A DNA stretch of 64,000 nt from a virus. The DNA is taken from positions 32,001 to 96,000 of IMG/VR virus record IMGVR_UViG_3300042896_000657. One strand, 5' to 3'. The notes beneath the pieces are model-generated. The model saw only the letters and a program-made list of their open reading frames with translations, did no database searches and was not told the origin of the DNA. Position 1 is the first letter of the stretch, and each line of letters begins with the position of its first letter. The translations under genes were made by a program, and so were the position numbers. This document shows positions 30,973 to 37,253 of this stretch, in pieces.

Positions 30973-31176
30973 ATGAGATATTATCAGGTAAAAGTTGAGT
31001 TTAAAACAGAAGACGATAAAGGTAAAATTAAACGCCAAAGTTATTTATATTTAGTAGATGCTCAATCAGTAACTGAGGCGGAAGCTAGAACAGTTAAATA
31101 TCTAAGAGAGCAATCAGAGGAAGATTTTGAAATTAAATCTGCAGGAGCTTCTAAAATTCTAGAAGTTTTACAATAA
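30973..31176 (+). CDS. DUF4494-like protein (Bacteroidota family)
   Basis: YLVDAQSVTEAEAR. Confidence 0.7.
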   Translation: MRYYQVKVEFKTEDDKGKIKRQSYLYLVDAQSVTEAEARTVKYLREQSEEDFEIKSAGASKILEVLQ

Positions 31177-31221
31177 TTTACATTTTTTAAAATTTACATA
31201 TATTTATATCAAATAATAATA

Positions 31222-31344
31222 ATGAAACGATTTAGCTTACATATTCAACTTTCGATACCCGCGATTAAAACGCAAGGGGAAGGCATGGTTTGTAATTGGG
31301 ATTATAATACCACAACAGGGTTAAAAGATACAGTATTGATATAA
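31222..31344 (+). CDS. 40-aa leader peptide of the tRNA operon containing all 20 amino acids (putative attenuator peptide)
   Basis: MKRFSLHIQLSIPAIKTQGEGMVCNWDYNTTTGLKDTVLI*; A-rich start context; followed by a terminator. Confidence 0.7.
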   Translation: MKRFSLHIQLSIPAIKTQGEGMVCNWDYNTTTGLKDTVLI

Positions 31345-31368
31345 ATAAGTAACTAAAATACATAATCG

Positions 31369-31404
31369 AAAGCCCTGATCCAAAAAGTCAGGGCTTTTTG
31401 TTTT
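31369..31404 (+). terminator. Intrinsic terminator between the leader ORF and the first tRNA
   Basis: AAAGCCCTGA-TCCAAAAAG-TCAGGGCTTT-TTGTTTT. Confidence 0.85.
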
Positions 31405-31436
31405 GTCACAATAAAAATTGTACATTTAAATATAAT

Positions 31437-31507
31437 GGTTAGGTTGATCAAGGTGGTCGGTAAGTCTGCAAAACTTACTATAGTAGGTTCGATACCTATC
31501 CTAACCT
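31437..31507 (+). tRNA. tRNA-Cys(GCA)
   Basis: Acceptor GGTTAGG/CCTAACC; TAAGT-ctGCAaa-ACTTA; U73. Confidence 0.9.
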
Positions 31508-31554
31508 CAGGTGGGTTTAATATTGTTCCCCGTGCGAAAAAAACAATATAAATT

Positions 31555-31627
31555 GGTACTTAAGCTAACTAGGTAGAAGCGATAGGTTGAAGACCTATAG
31601 GATAAGGTTCGATACCTTAAAGTACCA
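31555..31627 (+). tRNA. tRNA-Phe(GAA)
   Basis: GGTACTT/AAGTACC; ATAGG-ttGAAga-CCTAT. Confidence 0.9.
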
Positions 31628-31674
31628 CATGAAAAAACAATTTGAGATGCTTTAGGTTAATTAACCTAATCATC

Positions 31675-31851
31675 ATGAAAAAGCTAAAAAGAGCAGAAAC
31701 AAACAAAGAATACAATCATGCATTAAAAAATTATAAATGTTATTGTATGATATGTAATAAAAGGGCAGGAATATATAATGCATATTGTGGTCCAAAGAGT
31801 GAAAAGAAAAATAAAAACTGGAAACAGTATAGAAAAACAAAATGGAAATGA
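31675..31851 (+). CDS. Small basic Cys-containing protein inside the tRNA array
   Basis: MKKLKRAE..CYCMIC..C; the ATG at 31675 is a more plausible start than the TTG at 31642. Confidence 0.55.
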   Translation: MKKLKRAETNKEYNHALKNYKCYCMICNKRAGIYNAYCGPKSEKKNKNWKQYRKTKWK

Positions 31852-31898
31852 AAAAGTATAAACAGTAATACCCTCTAAGTAAACGAGGGAAATAAAAC

Positions 31899-31971
31899 GC
31901 CTTCGTAGCTTAATTGGTAGAGCAATATGCTTTTAACATATGTGGTGACAGTTCGATTCTGTCCGGGGGTA
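31899..31971 (+). tRNA. tRNA-Lys(TTT)
   Basis: ATATG-ctTTTaa-CATAT; normal D and T arms. Confidence 0.9.
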
Positions 31972-31976
31972 CAAAA

Positions 31977-32049
31977 GTAAGTGTAGCACAATTGGTAGTG
32001 CAGTAGTCTCCAAAACTAAAGGCTATAGGTTCGAGTCCTGTCACTTGCG
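31977..32049 (+). tRNA. tRNA-Trp(CCA)
   Basis: GTAAGTG/CACTTGC; ctCCAaa loop; G73. Confidence 0.9.
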
Positions 32050-32073
32050 CAAAAGATTAGTTCTTTGATTTAT

Positions 32074-32562
32074 GGGGCAGTCAGGAATTGACTGGGCAAA
32101 AAAAGTATAAAACAACAAGCAGTGCGATGAATGGTATAGCACTATAAAATGTACGTTCGAACAATAAATGACAACAAGTCAACTTTCTCTTTCGAAGATG
32201 CAATGTCTTTCGTAGGAGCAGATTTCGCAGTAGCTGCTTAATCTATTCAGGTGGTAACCAACCTAGGAACAGAATGATTACAAACAGAGCCACGTTCAGA
32301 ATGCTGCTCTAATACAAGTGAATTCGTCACAGTTGCTGGTAACAATGTTAAAATAGGAACCTGATGGTGGATTAGACCGCTATAAACGGTCGGCCCTTAC
32401 TGATCAATATAAGTTAGTAGAATAACGCTGCTGCTAGTATTCTTTAAATTACGTGGGAAGATGCAGCTCTCCCAATGTAGCTAACCATTATAGATCTAAG
32501 CTTGTAATAAATTGTTTTATGGCTGCTGCAACAGGACAAGGGTTCGAATCCCTTCTGCTCCA
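32074..32562 (+). ncRNA. ssrA: tmRNA
   Basis: 5' GGGGCAG..GGAATTGAC; 3' T arm plus CTGCTCCA with G3-U70; tag frame 32170-32241 reading (A)DNKSTFSFEDAMSFVGADFAVAA*. Confidence 0.92.
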
Positions 32563-32566
32563 CTAT

Positions 32567-32638
32567 AGTTCCTTAGTTCAATGGATAGAACACTTGACTA
32601 CGAATCATGAAATACAAGTTCGAGTCTTGTAGGAACTA
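32567..32638 (+). tRNA. tRNA-Arg(ACG)
   Basis: AGTTCCT/AGGAACT; ctACGaa loop. Confidence 0.88.
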
Positions 32639-32644
32639 CAAAAT

Positions 32645-32714
32645 GCCGTGGGTTGAGGTTTAACAACATTCTCTCATAAGGAATGTCAATTCGGTTCGAT
32701 ACCGAAACACGGTA
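32645..32714 (+). tRNA. tRNA with CAT anticodon (elongator Met or Ile2), atypical D arm
   Basis: CATTCT-ctCATaa-GGAATG; T arm TTCGG-TTCGATA-CCGAA. Confidence 0.7.
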
Positions 32715-32767
32715 CTATAAAATTGGATTATCGCGATAATAATCGTATATTGAATTATAATAAGAAA

Positions 32768-32840
32768 CGGGATGTGACAAAATTGGATACGCGCTCGCTT
32801 TGGAAGCGAGAGAATGCAGGTTCGACCCCTGCCATCCCGA
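32768..32840 (+). tRNA. tRNA-Pro(TGG)
   Basis: CGGGATG/CATCCCG; CTCGC-ttTGGaa-GCGAG. Confidence 0.88.
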
Positions 32841-32892
32841 CAAAAGTATTGTGAAGTACTATAAATTGATCTTTGACATCTAGGCTAAATTT

Positions 32893-32964
32893 ACCTCCAT
32901 AGTTTAATTGGAAGAATAAGGCCCTTCTAAGGCTTTGGTAGTGGTTCAAATCCACTTGGAGGTT
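32893..32964 (+). tRNA. tRNA-Arg(TCT)
   Basis: ACCTCCA/TGGAGGT; AGGCC-ctTCTaa-GGCTT. Confidence 0.88.
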
Positions 32965-32972
32965 CATAAAAT

Positions 32973-33045
32973 GGGCTGTTGGTATAGATGGCTAACACGG
33001 TAGATTTGCATTCTACAGTCCCCGGTTCGAAGCCGGGACGGTCCA
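32973..33045 (+). tRNA. tRNA-Ala(TGC)
   Basis: G3-U70 pair; GTAGA-ttTGCat-TCTAC. Confidence 0.9.
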
Positions 33046-33051
33046 CAATAT

Positions 33052-33123
33052 AGTTCCTTAGCTCAATGGAAGAGCAATGTCTTTACATGGCAAAGGTTAC
33101 AAGTTCGAATCTTGTAGGAACTA
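33052..33123 (+). tRNA. tRNA-Val(TAC)
   Basis: AGTTCCT/AGGAACT; ttTACat loop. Confidence 0.88.
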
Positions 33124-33178
33124 CCCACAGGAGGTATTTTCTCTACTTTGTCCTGCGTCCCAATCAAAGTAGTAATTT

Positions 33179-33250
33179 GCAGGTATAGCACAACGGTTAG
33201 TGCTCTGGTCTTCCAAACCGGAGATCTCGGTTCGAATCCGAGTATCTGCT
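33179..33250 (+). tRNA. tRNA-Gly(TCC)
   Basis: CTGGT-ctTCCaa-ACCGG; U73. Confidence 0.9.
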
Positions 33251-33259
33251 CAATAATAT

Positions 33260-33331
33260 TGACCTATGGTGTAATGGTTAGCACAACTGGTTTTGAGCCA
33301 GTTTGTTTAGGTTCGAATCCTAATAGGTCAT
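33260..33331 (+). tRNA. tRNA-Gln(TTG)
   Basis: TGACCTA/TAGGTCA; ACTGG-ttTTGag-CCAGT. Confidence 0.9.
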
Positions 33332-33415
33332 CAAAGATGAATAGATTACACAAGGTGTTAGTAGCTAGCTAAAGAGTCTCATTAGGTACACAAGTCCTAA
33401 ATTCATCTTTAAATT

Positions 33416-33503
33416 GGAAGATCCCAGTTGACTGAGGTACACGCTCTTGAAAAGCGCTAGGGGTCTGTGAGGGCCTGTAAGAGTTGGACTCTCTTATCTT
33501 CCG
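33416..33503 (+). tRNA. tRNA-Ser(TGA), atypical D/T loops
   Basis: GGAAGAT/ATCTTCC; ctTGAaa loop; long variable arm; G73. Confidence 0.75.
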
Positions 33504-33540
33504 CATTCGATGTGTTTGCCGAGCTAGATCGGCTTTATAT

Positions 33541-33615
33541 GGTGTTTATAGTGTTAATGGTTAAGCACGTCAGTTTGTGATTCTGATAGTTTGAGTTCGA
33601 ATCTCAATAAACACC
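33541..33615 (+). tRNA. tRNA-His(GTG)
   Basis: G-1/C73; ttGTGat loop. Confidence 0.9.
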
Positions 33616-33671
33616 CTCCTCCAATCCTGTGTCGGCTCGAGCAGGTGAAAGTTGAGGTATCGGGCCCTATT

Positions 33672-33757
33672 GGAAAGTAAAGCAGCCAGGGTTGCTGTCA
33701 CCGCCTGCTAAGCGAGTGGTACTTTAACGGTATGAATTTCGAGTATTCTACTTTCCG
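33672..33757 (+). tRNA. tRNA-Ser(GCT), atypical
   Basis: GGAAAGT/ACTTTCC; ctGCTaa loop; variable arm; G73. Confidence 0.75.
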
Positions 33758-33768
33758 CTGTATAATAT

Positions 33769-33849
33769 ATTGGAGTACCAGTGGAATCTTATACATTCTA
33801 TATCTGTAGTGGTATGTTGAAAACATGGGTTCGAATCCCATCTCCAATA
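33769..33849 (+). tRNA. Non-canonical tRNA-Ile(TAT)-like, no D arm before the anticodon arm
   Basis: ATTGGAG/CTCCAAT plus A73; GGAAT-ctTATac-ATTCT begins only 7 nt after the acceptor; T arm ATGGG-TTCGAAT-CCCAT. Confidence 0.6.
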
Positions 33850-33855
33850 CTATAT

Positions 33856-33933
33856 TGTGACGTATCCACCCTGTCCGATACACAGGAGTAAGGTAATTGG
33901 TTGAAAATATCGGTTCAAGTCCGATCGTCACAA
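33856..33933 (+). tRNA. Non-canonical tRNA-Ile(GAT)-like, no D arm before the anticodon arm
   Basis: TGTGACG/CGTCACA plus A73; CCTGT-ccGATac-ACAGG begins 7 nt after the acceptor; T arm ATCGG-TTCAAGT-CCGAT. Confidence 0.65.
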
Positions 33934-33943
33934 CTTTAAAAAT

Positions 33944-34015
33944 GGTCTATTGGTGAAGTGGCTATCATATTACCTTGTCACGGTAGAGTAGACGGATCGT
34001 AACCGTCATAGACCG
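33944..34015 (+). tRNA. tRNA-Asp(GTC)
   Basis: GGTCTAT/ATAGACC; ttGTCac loop; G73. Confidence 0.88.
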
Positions 34016-34025
34016 CTTAAAATAA

Positions 34026-34097
34026 GTTGAGGTAGCTCAGAGGCAGAGCAGGGTCCTGTTAAGACTCATGTCGAGATATCGTAATTCTCTCTCAACG
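34026..34097 (+). tRNA. tRNA-Asn(GTT)
   Basis: GGGTC-ctGTTaa-GACTC; G73. Confidence 0.88.
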
Positions 34098-34147
34098 CAA
34101 ATTAAATGTGTATGTCACAGCTAGTGTTCGTACATTGATAATAAGAT

Positions 34148-34281
34148 AGTCAGGTGGCGGAATTGGTAAACGCAAAAGCCAACTCGTAGTTGGAAGCGAG
34201 TTTAAATAAGACAGTCCGAAGTTCGTGGGTGGCATTAGCCTCTGGCACTTTGGCTTACAGGTTCGAATCCTGTCCTGACTA
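34148..34281 (+). ncRNA. tRNA-like scaffold RNA, copy 1
   Basis: AGTCAGGTGGCGGAATTGGTAAACGC, unique core, ACAGGTTCGAATCCTGTCCTGACTA. Confidence 0.75.
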
Positions 34282-34307
34282 CAAAAAATAAATAAAAATT
34301 TAAGATT

Positions 34308-34490
34308 ATGGATTGGATAGAAATTAAAAATCAAAAACCAAAAGATGATAGTTGGGTTTTGATAAAATCTTCTCTAAAGAACGTACCGAAATATGAGGTT
34401 TGTCATTATGGAAATAATGAGTGGTATATGCCTTGTTATGATGATGCATGTCAAGAGAAGGATATTATTAAATGGTCGTACATTGAATAA
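34308..34490 (+). CDS. DUF551-like small protein between two scaffold copies
   Basis: WIEIKNQKP..IIKWSYI. Confidence 0.6.
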   Translation: MDWIEIKNQKPKDDSWVLIKSSLKNVPKYEVCHYGNNEWYMPCYDDACQEKDIIKWSYIE

Positions 34491-34496
34491 TAATAC

Positions 34497-34645
34497 AGTC
34501 AGGTGGCGGAATGAAGGCACAAAGAGTAATAGTATGTGCTGGATATGGTAGACGCTAAGAAAGAAATTAACTTCGTATCTAAGTGGAAACACATGGTGGT
34601 ACACTAAAGCATAATTTCATGCGGGTTCGATTCCTGTCCTGACTA
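34497..34645 (+). ncRNA. tRNA-like scaffold RNA, copy 2 (extra hairpin inserted in the D loop)
   Basis: Same ends as copy 1; GCACA..TGTGC insert within the D loop. Confidence 0.7.
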
Positions 34646-34658
34646 CAAGATAATATAT

Positions 34659-34730
34659 TGCGGGGTAGAGCAGAGGTAGCTCGGAAGGCTCATAACCTTT
34701 AGGTCACAGGTTCGAATCCTGTCCCTGCTA
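34659..34730 (+). tRNA. Initiator-type tRNA-Met(CAT)
   Basis: TGCGGGGTAGAGCAG; unpaired U1/U72; GAAGG-ctCATaa-CCTTT. Confidence 0.88.
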
Positions 34731-34991
34731 CAAATCATAGGATTAATTACCCTATGACTGTCAGGTTCGAAACTGACGATTGATTATGGTGTATAGGTGC
34801 ACAGGATGATAAAGTAACAACTGGTAAGTAAGCCGGAAGAGAAATTGACACCAGGAATATGGTTCGAATCCATTTAAATCAACAAAAGTAGAAGTAAGTA
34901 TTGAGCAGGCACGCCGTAAAATAGATTCACAACTATCAGAGCTGTTTACTTTCAATATGTGAAAATGTGGGCATATTGACTACTTTTAATT

Positions 34992-35075
34992 GGGAGTATC
35001 GCACAGCTGGAAAAGGCGCAGCACTGTAAATGCTGTAAGTCGCATGACTTGGAGGTTCGAGTCCTTTTGCTCCCA
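34992..35075 (+). tRNA. tRNA-Tyr(GTA)
   Basis: CAGCA-ctGTAaa-TGCTG; variable arm AAGTC/GACTT. Confidence 0.9.
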
Positions 35076-35085
35076 CTAATATAAT

Positions 35086-35157
35086 GCTCCTGTCGTCTAA
35101 TGGTTAGGATATCTCACTTTCTATGAGATGATTTCGGTTCGAATCCGTGCGGGAGTA
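35086..35157 (+). tRNA. tRNA-Glu(TTC)
   Basis: TCTCA-ctTTCta-TGAGA. Confidence 0.88.
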
Positions 35158-35250
35158 CAAAAGTAATTAGGTGGGCGTAATGAGGAACGGTTTCCAAGTC
35201 CAATAGAATGGTTGCTTATCCTGTTCGAGTCAGGCCCTAATTACTTACTT

Positions 35251-35322
35251 GCTCTCAAAGCATTGCAGGCGATGCACCTGACTTGTAATCAGGATAAATC
35301 GGTTCGATTCCGGTTGAGAGCT
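35251..35322 (+). tRNA. tRNA-Thr(TGT)
   Basis: GCTCTCA/TGAGAGC; CCTGA-ctTGTaa-TCAGG. Confidence 0.9.
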
Positions 35323-35404
35323 CAAAAAAGGTAAAAGAAATTTGGCCTAGCAAAACAACGTTTGTATATTGATAATATAGAAACAAATACGTTCTTTGAA
35401 AATA

Positions 35405-36283
35405 TTGTTATCCATTTAAGTTACATTCGACGCGAAACAGTCCGGCTGCCGATAAGATTGTAGGTTGATAAATAACACTCGGCGGCCTATAGTCGTTAAA
35501 TAAACCGTGAAAGCGGTATAAAGTGAATTAGTTTGACTGAACTAGTTTGCGCATCGTGAGATGTTAAGTAGGCAAGCAGGATATCATTTATCCTTTAGTA
35601 CCGAGGGTGACACTGTAGGGAAAGTGGATAGATGATTAGGCGATGTGGGTCGTCTGATTGAGCTCGGAAGAGCAATAAGAATAACCTGTAGAATATATGC
35701 AAGAAATATACCTCCAAGTATGTAATTGCGTTATTCAATATAAGAGAAATCTTAAAATCGAAAGGTAAGATGATGTACAGGTGGTGCTGTTATTGTCCTC
35801 AAAATTAATCTACCAAGGTTTTTATTGAGAAGATTTCTTAAAGTATGGAGGTAGGGATACTTCAGAGAGTAGTCGAGTATTTTGTTGTTCAAAAGATAAC
35901 AAAGCTTAGGGTAAGCCACTACTTTCATAATCCATAAGTCTAAACTAAATTTGCTACTATGATGCAATATCTAAAATCAAATTAAGCTTAAGCGCTTACC
36001 AGCTACGGACGAAAGATGCTTACATAGTACTGGGTTGTCCAGTGCCATTTAAGACCGCAAGTCAAGAATGATTCTTTTGAAAGACTTATAGTACCGCAAG
36101 TACGAATCAGGCTCGCAAGCTTGAATAGGGGTGAGTAGGAGGAGAGTAGTCCAATACAAGTAGCTCTAAGAGTGGTTCACTTAAATAACCAGCATTGTCA
36201 GAGTAGGGATCAAAAGTTCCTGGATAAGAGAAGAATAAATAATGTCTCAAAAGCTTTGACGTCAAGACTGTAATCTCAGGTCT
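35405..36283 (+). ncRNA. Large structured ncRNA, probably GOLLD-class
   Basis: About 880 nt with no credible ORF; GC-enriched; many GNRA-capped hairpins (GCAA, GAAA); own promoter motif and boxA; embedded among phage tRNAs; ends approximate. Confidence 0.6.
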
Positions 36284-36289
36284 TTTTAT

Positions 36290-36369
36290 GCCTCGGTGGT
36301 GGAATTGGTAGTCACGCTGGCTTTAAGCGTCAGTCCGAAAGGGTGAGGGTTCGAGTCCCTCCTGGGGTA
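36290..36369 (+). tRNA. tRNA-Leu(TAA)
   Basis: CTGGC-ttTAAgc-GTCAG; short variable hairpin CC-GAAA-GG. Confidence 0.88.
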
Positions 36370-36376
36370 CTAATAT

Positions 36377-36521
36377 TGTAGTGTGATGAAACTGGCAGAC
36401 ATTGCCCTCCTGTCTCGGGGGTGAGGATCAACTGATAAACGTAGGATAGATGGGTTGACCACAAGCTAGCAATGTCCTACAGCTAAAGTCCTCGTGAGTG
36501 GTTCGAATCCCTCCACTACAG
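36377..36521 (+). tRNA. tRNA-Asp(GTC)-like with a ~70-nt structured variable-arm insertion
   Basis: TGTAGTG/CACTACA plus G73; CCCTC-ctGTCtc-GGGGG; GAGGAT..GTCCTC stem enclosing GTAGGAT..GTCCTAC. Confidence 0.65.
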
Positions 36522-36529
36522 CAAAATAT

Positions 36530-36632
36530 AGTCAGGTGGCGTAATGGTAACGTGTCACCCTCCAGGTTGAGATAACAGCTAATGGCACTCTGTATGATAA
36601 AGAAGATACAGGTTCGAATCCTGTCCTGACTA
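36530..36632 (+). ncRNA. tRNA-like scaffold RNA, copy 3
   Basis: AGTCAGGTGGCGTAATGGTAACG..ACAGGTTCGAATCCTGTCCTGACTA. Confidence 0.75.
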
Positions 36633-36653
36633 CAATTGATTAATGGAAACTTT

Positions 36654-36727
36654 ACCTGGGTGGCGGAACTGGCAGACGCAGCGGCCTTAGAAGTCGTAAG
36701 GTGAGGGTTCGAATCCCTCTCTGGGTA
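36654..36727 (+). tRNA. tRNA-Leu(TAG), lacking the long variable arm
   Basis: GCGGC-ctTAGaa-GTCGT; variable region only AAGGT. Confidence 0.8.
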
Positions 36728-36746
36728 CTATATTAAATTTAATGTT

Positions 36747-37253
36747 ATGGAATTTAAAATTTTATCTTCTGGAAAACCTGTTATAGATATAATCTCATAC
36801 ATTAAAGATTATATTAAACAATTTGAAAATACTCACTTCATCGAAGTAATTATTGGTTCAGATTCACAAAACAGAAAGCGTAAAACACAATACGCTACGG
36901 TTATATTACTACATAAAACTGATTATGATTCAGGTATTGGAAAAGGTGGACATGTTCTATATAAAACAGAATCATCAGATAGACCATACACCATCACAGA
37001 ATCTGAGCGTAAAGACCACAGATCAAAACGTTTACTAAATGAAGCCTGGAAGTCAATCGAGGTAGCTGAAATGCTACGTACTAATGGAATAAACGTTGAT
37101 GTTATTGATTTAGATATGAATCCTGATCCTAAATATAGATCAAATGATGTACTTGCTCAAGCTACTGGTTGGGCAGAAGGAATGGGATATAGAGTAAGAT
37201 GTAAACCTGATGCTATGTCTGCTTCATATGCTGCTGATTCATTAGTTAAATAA
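36747..37253 (+). CDS. RNase H-like YkuK/DUF458 family protein
   Basis: IIGSDSQ, RLLNEAWKSIEVA, DLDMN, KPDAMSASYAAD. Confidence 0.8.
   Translation: MEFKILSSGKPVIDIISYIKDYIKQFENTHFIEVIIGSDSQNRKRKTQYATVILLHKTDYDSGIGKGGHVLYKTESSDRPYTITESERKDHRSKRLLNEAWKSIEVAEMLRTNGINVDVIDLDMNPDPKYRSNDVLAQATGWAEGMGYRVRCKPDAMSASYAADSLVK

Noticed and set aside
33124-33670. Small spacers (33124-33175, 33616-33670) as ribozymes
   Set aside because: Hairpins are present but I could not find a complete hammerhead, twister or HDV-like core.
32755-35967. Short ORFs on either strand over the tRNA array and giant RNA (e.g. 33148, 33698, 34092, 34374, 34761, 35752)
   Set aside because: They overlap clear structural RNA genes and have no protein-like features.
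35405-36283. rRNA fragment or group I/II intron
   Set aside because: No recognisable rRNA universal motifs, no interrupted host gene, and no group II domain V seen by eye.
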